Of a stretch of DNA of 64,000 nt, positions 30,647-39,706 are shown one piece after another. The position numbers and the translations under genes were made by a program. The DNA is from Cenarchaeum sp. GTDB lineage: Archaea > Thermoproteota > Nitrososphaeria > Nitrososphaerales > Nitrosopumilaceae. The notes under the pieces are model-generated. The model was given only the letters and a program-made list of their open reading frames with translations, did not search any database and had not been told where the DNA came from. The stretch is taken from the NCBI GenBank assembly GCA_963692915.1, contig OY843584.1:352001-416000 (forward strand). The letters run 5' to 3'. The first letter of the stretch is position 1, and every line of letters begins with the position of its first letter.

Positions 30647-31045
30647 ATGGCCCTGGATATCGACCATGTCGCAATAGCGGTGAGTGACATAGATGCGGCC
30701 TCTGAGCGCTATTCCAGGGCGCTTGGCGCCGAGGTGATCCGCGAGACTGTCGAGTCCGAGGGCGTCGAGGTGGCGATCATGAGACTTGGAAACGCGCGAG
30801 TCGAGCTCATATCGCCGCTTGACAAGGACAGCCCAATTGCGGCGTTTATCGAAAAGCGCGGGGAGGGCATACACCATATCGCGCTGCGGACCGGCGACAT
30901 TGACTCTGAGGTCGCGCGAATGGAGTCATGCGGCCTGCGGTTTCTCGGAGATGTCCGTGATGGCTCAGAAGGCACGCGCATCACGTTCATACACCCAAAG
31001 TCCCTCAACGGCGTGCTCACGGAGCTCTGCTCGGGCGGTGCGTGA
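30647..31045 (+). CDS. mce: Methylmalonyl-CoA epimerase
   Basis: IDHVAIAV, VELISP, GEGIHHIA, FIHPKS.NGVL.EL. Confidence 0.94.
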   Translation: MALDIDHVAIAVSDIDAASERYSRALGAEVIRETVESEGVEVAIMRLGNARVELISPLDKDSPIAAFIEKRGEGIHHIALRTGDIDSEVARMESCGLRFLGDVRDGSEGTRITFIHPKSLNGVLTELCSGGA

Positions 31046-31072
31046 GCACGTGCTTGGCACACGTGGGGGAAC

Positions 31073-33661
31073 GTGAGGCGCGTGGGCGACATCCCCACGT
31101 CAATGCTAATCTCGGCCGTCTATGACGGTCCTAAAAAGCGCGTGATGCTAAAGTTTTACAATGGCAAGACCCACACGCTAGAGACACACCATGACGAGTC
31201 AGGGCACCTGCCATACTGCTATTCGCGTCTGACGCCATCGGAGCTCTCCGAGACGCGTGACCGTGATGACGTTGAGGACATTATCGTACACAAGAGGCAT
31301 GACAACATTGCTGATGCCGACGTCGAGGTCTCAAAGATTATCGTCAAGGATCCCCTGGCCATAGGCGGAACACAGTCAGACAAAAGCATACGCAACACAA
31401 TGGAGACGTGGGAGTCAGACATAAAGTACTATGAGAACTATGTCTATGATAACGGGCTCGTGATGGGTATGTACTATTCGGTCAGCGGGGACAAGATTGC
31501 CCCACAGGCATTGCCCATTCCCGAGACGGTCCACGCGGCGCTAAAATCCATGCTGCTTGACCGTGACACGGGAAAGGGAATGGTCGATCCCGCAGAGTAC
31601 CAGGGGTACGTCACGGAATGGGCAGAGACGCTAAACCAGCCAATTCCGCGCATCCGCAGGCTCAGCTTTGACATAGAGGTTGACTCGGAGAAGAATCGCA
31701 TACCTGACCCGCAACTCGCCGAGCGCCGCGTGACTGCAATCGGGTTTGAGGCAGGGGAGGACTCGCACGAGGTCTTTGTGCTCGGCAAGAGGGGCGCAAC
31801 TAGCGCGTCGACTCCGGCAAAGGTGACCTATTATGAGGACGAGAAGAAGATGATTGCCGACGCGTTTGCAAAGATAGCGCAATATCCGGTGGTTCTCACG
31901 TACAATGGTGATGACTTTGACATGCCATACATGTACAACAGGGCGAGCCGACTCGGCATACCCACCGGCGAGAACCCCCTCTACATGATGCGCGATGCGG
32001 CAACGCTAAAGCGCGGCGTGCACGTTGACCTCTATCGGACATTCTCCAACAGGGCATTTCAGGTCTATGCGTTCTCCAACAAGTACTCTAGCTATTCGCT
32101 CAACAGCGTCTCCCTTGCGCTCCTCGGCGAGGAAAAGCTCGACCATGGCGTGCCGCTCGGCGAGCTCACCGCCGAGCAGCTTGCAGCCTATTGCTATAAT
32201 GATGCGCTCTTGACGTACAAGCTGACTAGCTTTGGCGGGGATCTCCTGATGAACCTCCTCGTCGTGATATCGCGAATAGCAAAGATGCCCATAGATGACA
32301 TTGCGCGCCTCGGCGTCTCTCAGTGGATACGCAGCCTCCTGTATTACGAGCACCGCAAGCGCAACATCCTGATACCGCGGCGCTCGGAGCTAGAGGCAAA
32401 GTCAGTCAACGCGACGACCGAGGCGGCAATAAAGGACAAAAAGTACCGTGGAGGCCTAGTCGTGGATCCAAAGCAGGGCATCCACTTTGATGTCACGGTG
32501 ATGGACTTTGCGAGCCTGTATCCGAGCATCATAAAGGTCCAAAACCTCTCATACGAGACGGTTCGGTGCCCGCATGAGGAGTGCAAAAAGAACACGGTTC
32601 CAGACACGTCACACTGGGTTTGCAAAAAGCGCAACGGGATGACTTCGCTCCTCATAGGGTCACTGCGCGACCTGCGCGTCAACTATTACAAGAGCCTCGC
32701 GCGCGATGAGTCACTCGACGAGATGGCCCGCCAGCAGTACTCTGTTGTAAGCCAGGCCCTCAAGATAATACTCAACGCAAGCTATGGCGTCATGGGAGCA
32801 GAAATGTTTCCGCTCTACTTTTTGCCGGCCGCCGAGGCGACAACTGCAATAGGGCGCCACATAATCATGGACACGATATCAAAGTGCAAGGCGTCTGACA
32901 TTGATGTACTCTATGGTGACACTGACTCGATATTCATAAAAAAGCCAACGTCAGAGCAGGTTCTCCAGGTCATCGAGGGCGCAAAGTCCGACCACGGCGT
33001 AGAGCTCGAGATAGACAAAGAGTACCGCTATGTCGTCCTGAGCGACAGGAAAAAGAACTATCTTGGAGTCACAAAGTCCGGCAAGGTCGACATCAAGGGA
33101 CTCACGGGCAAAAAGTCGCACACGCCGCCCTTTATACGCACGCTCTTTTACGAGATAACGGACATCCTCTCTGATGTGTCCAACGAGGATGACTTTGAGC
33201 GCATAAAGGTGAGGATAACAGAGAAGATGCGCAAGTGCGCCGACAGCCTAAAGGCGCGTGAGATACCAATTGCCGACCTTGCGTTCAACGTCATGCTGAG
33301 CAAGTCGCCCTCCGAGTACACAAAGGCCATACCTCAGCACATAAAGGCCGCAGTGCAGCTGGAGCGGGCAACAAGCTTGGCGGGGGACATGTCCTCGTAC
33401 ATCCCCGAGAAGGCAGGTGGACAGCGCCCCCCCACGCGCAAGATCAAAAAGGGCGACATTATATCATATGTCAAGACCGTCACAAAGCCCGGCGTAAAGC
33501 CCGTCGAGCTAGCGACGCCTGAGGAGGTTGACTCGGGCAAGTATATGGAGTTCATGGAGTCAACGCTTGACCAGATAACGTCGGTTCTCGGAATGGACTT
33601 TGAGGGCATTATGGGCAACAAGAAACAGTCAGACATACTCGACTTTTTCCACAAGCCATAG
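31073..33661 (+). CDS. polB: Family B DNA polymerase (PolB1-type)
   Basis: Exonuclease motifs SFDIE, YNGDDFD, YCYND; polymerase motifs DFASLYPS, KIILNASYG, YGDTDS. Confidence 0.97.
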   Translation: MRRVGDIPTSMLISAVYDGPKKRVMLKFYNGKTHTLETHHDESGHLPYCYSRLTPSELSETRDRDDVEDIIVHKRHDNIADADVEVSKIIVKDPLAIGGTQSDKSIRNTMETWESDIKYYENYVYDNGLVMGMYYSVSGDKIAPQALPIPETVHAALKSMLLDRDTGKGMVDPAEYQGYVTEWAETLNQPIPRIRRLSFDIEVDSEKNRIPDPQLAERRVTAIGFEAGEDSHEVFVLGKRGATSASTPAKVTYYEDEKKMIADAFAKIAQYPVVLTYNGDDFDMPYMYNRASRLGIPTGENPLYMMRDAATLKRGVHVDLYRTFSNRAFQVYAFSNKYSSYSLNSVSLALLGEEKLDHGVPLGELTAEQLAAYCYNDALLTYKLTSFGGDLLMNLLVVISRIAKMPIDDIARLGVSQWIRSLLYYEHRKRNILIPRRSELEAKSVNATTEAAIKDKKYRGGLVVDPKQGIHFDVTVMDFASLYPSIIKVQNLSYETVRCPHEECKKNTVPDTSHWVCKKRNGMTSLLIGSLRDLRVNYYKSLARDESLDEMARQQYSVVSQALKIILNASYGVMGAEMFPLYFLPAAEATTAIGRHIIMDTISKCKASDIDVLYGDTDSIFIKKPTSEQVLQVIEGAKSDHGVELEIDKEYRYVVLSDRKKNYLGVTKSGKVDIKGLTGKKSHTPPFIRTLFYEITDILSDVSNEDDFERIKVRITEKMRKCADSLKAREIPIADLAFNVMLSKSPSEYTKAIPQHIKAAVQLERATSLAGDMSSYIPEKAGGQRPPTRKIKKGDIISYVKTVTKPGVKPVELATPEEVDSGKYMEFMESTLDQITSVLGMDFEGIMGNKKQSDILDFFHKP

Positions 33662-33710
33662 ACTACACTCAAATAGTAACGCCTGCACGCCTGCTCGCAC
33701 AGGGAAACCA

Positions 33711-34379
33711 ATGATCATCGTAAACTGCAAAAACTATGCCGAGGCCACGGGGCGCGGACTCGCCCGGCTCGTGCGCGCCGCCGAGGCCGCATCTGCGCGC
33801 CACGGGACGCGCATCGCAATAGCGCCACCTCCGCACCTCCTCTCGTCGGTTCGCTCGCGCCGCGTCCTCACGTTTGCGCAGCATGCCGATGACAGGGACA
33901 CCGGCAGCACCACGGGATACGTCGTGCCCGAGCTCCTCCATGCAGCCGGCGTGTCCGGCTCGATCATAAACCACAGCGAGCATCGTGTGCGACCCGCCGA
34001 GCTGCGCGCCGTCATATCGCGCCTGCGCGGACTTGGCATGACCTCGGTCGCCTGCGCGCGAAGCGTGGCAGAGACTGCCAAGATCGCCTCCCTTGGCCCG
34101 GACTATGTCGCAATAGAGCCACCATCGCTCATAGGGTCGGGGATCGCAATATCGCGTGCCCGCCCCGGCCTCATCCGCGACGCTGCAGCGGCACTCGCGC
34201 GCAGTCGCGCACGCCTCCTGTGCGGCGCCGGCATTGTCACCGGCGAGGACGTCTCACGCGCCATCGAGCTTGGCTCAGAGGGCATACTTGTGGCAAGCGG
34301 CATCGTGCGCGCCCGCTCCCCGGCGCGCGCCCTCTCCGAGCTTGCATCGCGCATGCCGCGAACCGGCCGGCGCGCATGA
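33711..34379 (+). CDS. tpiA: Triosephosphate isomerase (archaeal)
   Basis: VNCKNY, NHSEHR, AIEPP.LIG.G, CGAGI, GILVASG. Confidence 0.95.
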   Translation: MIIVNCKNYAEATGRGLARLVRAAEAASARHGTRIAIAPPPHLLSSVRSRRVLTFAQHADDRDTGSTTGYVVPELLHAAGVSGSIINHSEHRVRPAELRAVISRLRGLGMTSVACARSVAETAKIASLGPDYVAIEPPSLIGSGIAISRARPGLIRDAAAALARSRARLLCGAGIVTGEDVSRAIELGSEGILVASGIVRARSPARALSELASRMPRTGRRA

Positions 34380-34527
34380 CGTGGCCTGCCTGAATTGCAT
34401 GGTGTCCGCGTCCACATTTGAGGCTCGCGACTTGATGCGGCCCACATGGGCGTGTCCCTGCCGGCACGGGCACCGAGCCCGCCTGACGGCACGGGAATGA
34501 GTTTATAACCGCATTTGGATGCCGCGC

Positions 34528-34965
34528 ATGGCATTGAGCGAAGAGAGGGCACAGCAACTCTACGAGCACGTCGCCGCACTAGAGTCGCAATACTCGGAGA
34601 CTATTCGGCGCGAGTCGATGCTAGCCACTGCGCACCGTGACGCGCAGGCGGCGGCAACGACGCTGCGAGCAGCCGATGGCGGCTCGGCCATCGACGCGTT
34701 CATTCCCGTCGGCTCGGGCGTCTTTTTTGGCGCGCGTGTGGACAAGCCTGACAGGGTGATCATCGACATTGGGGCAGGAGTCGCCCTCTCCAAGAGCCGC
34801 GCGGCCGCCCTTGACCTCGTCGAGGGGCACATAAAGGAGCTCGGGGTTGCACTAGGCAACGCAGCCGAGAGCAAGAGGCAGATCGCCGGACAGATGCAGC
34901 AGGGGCGCATGGAGCTTGAACGCATAGCCCACTCTGCGGTGGCTGACGCAGGGAGAAATGTTTGA
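34528..34965 (+). CDS. pfdA: Prefoldin alpha subunit
   Basis: Coiled coils flanking the IPVGSGVF...VIIDIGAGV hairpins; upstream of ftsY. Confidence 0.88.
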   Translation: MALSEERAQQLYEHVAALESQYSETIRRESMLATAHRDAQAAATTLRAADGGSAIDAFIPVGSGVFFGARVDKPDRVIIDIGAGVALSKSRAAALDLVEGHIKELGVALGNAAESKRQIAGQMQQGRMELERIAHSAVADAGRNV

Positions 34966-35878
34966 GGGCCTTCGCGGGACGCTCTCCGGCGTTGCGCGGG
35001 CCATAACGGAGAAGGAGATTGACGGCGGTGACGTTGATGCCGTCATGGCCGAGCTTGACATTGCGCTCCTGGAGGCAGACGTTGCAGTTGATGTCATTGA
35101 CTCGATAAAGTCCGACCTGCGCAAGGCGCTCACCGGCTCGTCAGTAAAGAGGGGGGACGTGGGAGAGTTTGTGCGCGACAGGCTAGTTGGGTATGTCACC
35201 GAGGCATTTGAGGCGACCGGAACGATTGACCTCGCAAAGATGATATGCGCAAAGCGTGGTTCAGGCTCCCCGTTTGTCATTGTGTTTGTGGGGATCAACG
35301 GCACGGGCAAGACCACGACGCTCGCAAAGGTTGCCCATGCGCTTGCTGCCTCGGGCGTGACGTCCGTAGTCGCCGCCGCAGACACGTTTCGGTCTGGTGC
35401 AATCGAGCAGCTTCGCGCACACACTGATGCGCTGGGGATCCACCTCGTTGCGCAAAACTATGGCTCCGATCCGGCTGCTGTCTCGCGCGATGCCGTCCTC
35501 TATGCGCGCTCGCATGGCGTGGACTGCGTGCTCGTTGACACTGCGGGGCGAATGCAGACCAACCGCAACCTCATGGACCAGGTCACCAAGATAGTCTCAG
35601 TCACGTCGCCTGACCTAAAGGTCTTCGTCGGCGACTCGCTTGCGGGCAACGACACGGCAAGCCAGGCGCGTGAGTTCCACTCGCACGTCGGAGTTGATGC
35701 GGCAATCCTCACAAAGGCCGATGGCGGGGGCGGGGGCGGCGCGGCCCTCTCGATAGTGAGCATAACCTCAGCACCCATAGTGTATGCCGGCACGGGGCAG
35801 GAATACGGCGACCTTGAGGCCTTTGACTCTCGCGCCTTTGTCGACTCTGTCTTTGGCTCCGGGGGGGACACGCCGTGA
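34958..35878 (+). CDS. ftsY: SRP receptor GTPase FtsY
   Basis: GINGTGKTTT, DTFRSGAIEQL, DTAGR, TKAD, GTGQ.Y.DL. Confidence 0.95.
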   Translation: MFEGLRGTLSGVARAITEKEIDGGDVDAVMAELDIALLEADVAVDVIDSIKSDLRKALTGSSVKRGDVGEFVRDRLVGYVTEAFEATGTIDLAKMICAKRGSGSPFVIVFVGINGTGKTTTLAKVAHALAASGVTSVVAAADTFRSGAIEQLRAHTDALGIHLVAQNYGSDPAAVSRDAVLYARSHGVDCVLVDTAGRMQTNRNLMDQVTKIVSVTSPDLKVFVGDSLAGNDTASQAREFHSHVGVDAAILTKADGGGGGGAALSIVSITSAPIVYAGTGQEYGDLEAFDSRAFVDSVFGSGGDTP

Positions 35879-36783
35879 GGTCGCGCCGGCCGTTCCACCT
35901 CCTCACGCTAGGCGAGCTCAGCGCGCGCCAGGCGGGACTGCTAGTCGAGCGCGCCAGGCGCCTAAAGCGCTCCCCGTCCTCGCGCACCGCACCGCTAGCG
36001 CGCCGCTCGATGGCGATGATCTTTGCAAAGCCGTCCACGCGCACGCGCGTCAGCTTTGAGGTCGCAATGACCCAGCTCGGCGGCCACACCATACCGCTAG
36101 AGGGCTCCAAGATGCAGACCTCGCGCGGCGAGTCCCTGGCCGACACGGCGCGCACGCTCTCCAGGTATGTTGATGTTATCATGGCCCGCGTGTACGACCA
36201 TGCGGACATTGAAGAGCTTGCGCAGAGCGCCTCTGTTCCGGTGATAAACGGACTGTCAAACTCGTTTCACCCGTGCCAGACGCTCGCTGACCTCTTGACC
36301 ATACGCGAGCACAAGGGACGCCTCTCGGGCGTGCGCGTCGCGTGGGTCGGTGACGGAAACAACGTGTGCAACTCGCTCATACACGGGTGCGCCCTGACGG
36401 GCATGGAGATCAGCATTGCGACGCCTCCTGGATTCAGGCCGGATCCTGCCGTGGTCAGGTCAGCAAGGGAGCAGACTGCCGTTACAGTCGTCTCGAGTCC
36501 CGAGCGTGCCGTGCGTGGTGCAGATGTCGTGGTCACTGACACGTTCTCGTCAATACACGACAAGGGCTCATCGAGAAAGAAAAAGTTCCTGCCACGCTAC
36601 CGTGTCACTGACAGGCTCATGGCAATGGCCGACAAGGACGCGCTGTTCCTGCACTGCCTGCCGGCAAAGCGCGGCGAGGAGGTCAGCGCGTCAGTCATCG
36701 ACGGCCCGCAGTCAGTTGTGTGGGACGAGGCCGAGAACCGCCTCCATGCGCAAAAGGCACTCCTCCTCTGGCTGCTCGAGTAG
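35875..36783 (+). CDS. argF: Ornithine carbamoyltransferase
   Basis: STRTRVSF, HPCQ, GDGNNV, HCLP. Confidence 0.96.
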   Translation: MRSRRPFHLLTLGELSARQAGLLVERARRLKRSPSSRTAPLARRSMAMIFAKPSTRTRVSFEVAMTQLGGHTIPLEGSKMQTSRGESLADTARTLSRYVDVIMARVYDHADIEELAQSASVPVINGLSNSFHPCQTLADLLTIREHKGRLSGVRVAWVGDGNNVCNSLIHGCALTGMEISIATPPGFRPDPAVVRSAREQTAVTVVSSPERAVRGADVVVTDTFSSIHDKGSSRKKKFLPRYRVTDRLMAMADKDALFLHCLPAKRGEEVSASVIDGPQSVVWDEAENRLHAQKALLLWLLE

Positions 36784-36787
36784 GCCC

Positions 36788-36877
36788 CTAGCGCATGGCA
36801 TCGGCAATCAGGCCGTAGAGAAAGTAAAACGCGATTCCGCCGCCGATTATGGCTACCCATGCGGCGATGGCACGCAT
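36788..36877 (-). CDS. Small single-TM membrane protein (29 aa; alternative GTG start 36886)
   Basis: Own translation MRAIAAWVAIIGGGIAFYFLYGLIADAMR*; TTTA-like box upstream on the minus strand. Confidence 0.55.
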   Translation of the reverse strand: MRAIAAWVAIIGGGIAFYFLYGLIADAMR

Positions 36878-37140
36878 CCTTGACACGCTCTCGGCACTCC
36901 GAGTGTCCCTAAATGAACGTATGCGGCAGTGGCGTCTGGGGTGACAGTCTTGGTGGCATGCTTGCCATTGGTGCCCTGCCTGGGCGCACTAGGCACAACT
37001 GGACCGGGCTGCAGTTAAATTGTGCTACTGGAACCGTGCGCCATGAATACGTGGTGTGGCAGCCGCCGCGTGAGCTATACGCACCTCGCAGGTCAGCGAA
37101 TCGGGGTGCCTGGCACTTGACACGCGCAAATGGCCCTGAT

Positions 37141-37659
37141 GTGGGTCTTGACTACGAGATACGACAAAAATACCTCAATCGCAAGGCAGACTGCAACATT
37201 GAGCCGTTTTTAAGGATGTTGAGAGTCCATGACCTAATAGAATGTGATGCCAACCCGCGCAAGGCAACGACGAAAACGCGGATCAAGATTCAGAAATTTG
37301 TGTATTTTGCACAAAAGTGTTTTGGATTGGAATTTCGCTATAGGCACACGCTGTACATCTATGGGCCATACTCGTTAGCGCTCGCCACTGACTATTTCCG
37401 AATCAAGGATATTGCAAACATTCCCGACGGTGGCCTGGATGACTGGAATCGCCGAGATGAATTCCTGGAATTTGCAAAGAAACACAATGATGAAACGTGG
37501 CTGGAGATTGGCGGCACCTTGGTGCATTTGTACAAGTCTGGCCACAAATCAATGGAAGACTTGATCAAATATGCCCATGTAGTTAAGCGCAAATATCCCA
37601 AAGAGCTCATAGAGAGTGTCTGCTCTGACCTGCAAGGTGCTGAACTGATAAAACTGTGA
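37141..37659 (+). CDS. YwgA-like (Panacea / DarG C-terminal-like) protein
   Basis: RIKIQKFVYFAQ...Y.YGPYS.AL..DY...WLEIGGTL; lower-GC codon usage from GTG 37141. Confidence 0.72.
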   Translation: MGLDYEIRQKYLNRKADCNIEPFLRMLRVHDLIECDANPRKATTKTRIKIQKFVYFAQKCFGLEFRYRHTLYIYGPYSLALATDYFRIKDIANIPDGGLDDWNRRDEFLEFAKKHNDETWLEIGGTLVHLYKSGHKSMEDLIKYAHVVKRKYPKELIESVCSDLQGAELIKL

Positions 37660-37976
37660 TCTTTATGAGATTGCCGTGATAGATAACACTGATTGTACTC
37701 GACATGGCCTTCATCATCTGCACAAATAGTGTGAGCAGCAAGGCCATTTGGCACCGCCACCATAAATTGAGCCAATCGCCGCAGTGTGCTGCTGCGTGTG
37801 GGCGCATTGGGCGCACTCGCCTCTGGCGCGTCAGGGATCAGATGCCTGTTTTATGGCCTGTGCTGTGCTCAGGACCAATTGCGCGGGCATGACCATGGGA
37901 CATCTGTGATCGCTTTTGTGTTGGGATTTGCGCGACCATCGGCAGCACGCACACGCGTGTCGCGAGGATTTGGTGG

Positions 37977-38051
37977 CGGACCCGACCGGACTCGAACCGG
38001 CGACCTAGCGCTCCGCAAGCGCTCGCACTATCCATGCTATGCAACGGGTCC
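37977..38051 (-). tRNA. tRNA-Arg(GCG), CCA encoded
   Basis: GGACCCG...AGCGC-TTGCGGA-GCGCT...GTTCGAGT...CGGGTCCG then CCA. Confidence 0.95.
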
Positions 38052-38123
38052 GACGCGAGGCCGCAGGCGCCTCTTAATGTTGTTTGCGCAGTGCCCACGC
38101 ACAGGCGGGGAAGGAGATGTTGG

Positions 38124-38198
38124 CGGACCCGACCGGATTCGAACCGGCGACCTGGCGCTCCGGAAGCGCCCGCACTATCCATGCTATGCAACGAGTCC
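38124..38198 (-). tRNA. tRNA-Arg(CCG), CCA encoded
   Basis: GGACTCG...GGCGC-TTCCGGA-GCGCC...GTTCGAAT...CGGGTCCG then CCA. Confidence 0.95.
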
Positions 38199-38289
38199 GC
38201 CCTGCGCCCCGCAGGGGTCGCTTTATTCTGTTTGCCCCGCGTGGCCTCTGGCGCGAGGCTTAATAGAATCGGCCCCCTGCGGCCAGGCC

Positions 38290-38676
38290 ATGAGGACGTA
38301 CACGGCACTGCTCATCGCTGGCATGGCGGCCATTGGCGTGATCGCCACAGTCGTGGCAGTCGACATTGGGCGCATCACGATCGCAACGCAGGACTATGAC
38401 ATCCGCGTGGACCCCATAGTCGACAGGCAGAACCTCTTTACGACGGCGAGGGTCACGGTCCAGAACATCGGCGCACGCGACCTCTCTGGCGTGACGGTCA
38501 ACTTTGGCGGCGGCGACACGCTCCTCATAGGCGACCTTGCCGCCGGTGAGCAGATGATAGTCTCGCCTCCGGCGGGCAACGCCATGGAGATGGTCGCAGT
38601 GACTGCAGACGGCGGCGTGCTTGCAGTCAGCGAGTACCGCGAACCCCCAAAGATGGTCGGCATGATGGGCTCCTAG
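38290..38676 (+). CDS. Membrane-anchored hypothetical protein (Ig/CARDB-like beta domain)
   Basis: N-terminal TM; RVTVQNIG..L.GVTV pattern; start ATG 38290 after TTAATA. Confidence 0.75.
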   Translation: MRTYTALLIAGMAAIGVIATVVAVDIGRITIATQDYDIRVDPIVDRQNLFTTARVTVQNIGARDLSGVTVNFGGGDTLLIGDLAAGEQMIVSPPAGNAMEMVAVTADGGVLAVSEYREPPKMVGMMGS

Positions 38677-39540
38677 TCAGCGTCTTACCTGCATTGCAAT
38701 TACTGTTGACATTATCTTTGCGGCCAGGGCTGCAGTGGCGCCGTTGTCGCAGGCGGGGTTGAGCTCTACAATGTCGGCGCAAACAATCCTGGTCTCGAGC
38801 AGCGCACCGACCATGGAGAACAGCTCGCGCGATGTCATGCCGTCAGCCTCGGGATTGCCCACTCCGGGCGCGTATGCGGGATCTAGCGCGTCAAGATCAA
38901 AGCTCGCATACGCAGAATCGTACGACGAGAGTGCGTCGGCTACCATGGCCGGGCCCCTCCCGTCGCGCACGTCAGCCTCCGTGACAGTCGTTATCTTGCT
39001 GTCAGAGAGAAACGCGAGCTCCTCGGCGGCAAATGCCCTTGCGCCGACATGAACGATCCCCTCGCCGCCCCTGGCCTCGACTAGCCTGCGAAGGTATGAC
39101 GCGTGGCTCTGGCGTGCGCCGGCGTACGAGTCCCTGAGGTCATAGTGCGCATCAAAGACGACGTATCCGGTGTCGGCGCCAAACTGCGCATAGCTCCCAA
39201 GCGTCAGTAGGTGCTCGCCGCCGAGTATGACAGTCGGCATTGCGCTAGCTGCAAGCTCGGCTGTCACCCTGCCGACCATCTCTAGCATCTCTGAGGCGAC
39301 TACGGTCTGCTTTAGGTTCCCGTGGTCTGCGATGGCGACGCCCTCGAGGTCAACACCGAGGCCGGCGTGAAACACCTCTATGTTGTTGAACGCCTCACGT
39401 ATGGCGTCCGGACCAAAGCGCGTGCCCGGCCTGTACGAGTGCGTCGAGTCAAAGGGCACGCCAAAGACTGCTGCCCTCGCCTCGCCGTCGCCTCCCACAA
39501 TGAGCGGGCCGCCGCCAGAGTATAGCTCTAGATAGCTCAA
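38677..39540 (-). CDS. speB: Agmatinase / ureohydrolase
   Basis: GGEH, DAHYD, DLDALDP..APG, VELNP. Confidence 0.92.
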   Translation of the reverse strand: MSYLELYSGGGPLIVGGDGEARAAVFGVPFDSTHSYRPGTRFGPDAIREAFNNIEVFHAGLGVDLEGVAIADHGNLKQTVVASEMLEMVGRVTAELAASAMPTVILGGEHLLTLGSYAQFGADTGYVVFDAHYDLRDSYAGARQSHASYLRRLVEARGGEGIVHVGARAFAAEELAFLSDSKITTVTEADVRDGRGPAMVADALSSYDSAYASFDLDALDPAYAPGVGNPEADGMTSRELFSMVGALLETRIVCADIVELNPACDNGATAALAAKIMSTVIAMQVRR

Positions 39541-39706
39541 TGCCTGCGCGCCGCAGCGCCCAACTATAACAAACTATTGCCGGTGCCCCGCAGGCCTGCT
39601 GTGTCGTGAGACGGGATATGGCCACCGCGCTTGCGCGCATCCACGCCGCTGCCACGTGCGCGCGGGCGCGAAACTGTTTTTAGAGCGCCTTGCGGCCGCC
39701 GTGGGC

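Noticed and set aside
37786-38289. N-terminal extension of the 296-aa ORF with a repeated GGPDR.RTGDLALRKR.HYPCYAT unit
   Set aside because: The repeat is the antisense translation of two tRNA-Arg genes; the real CDS starts at 38290
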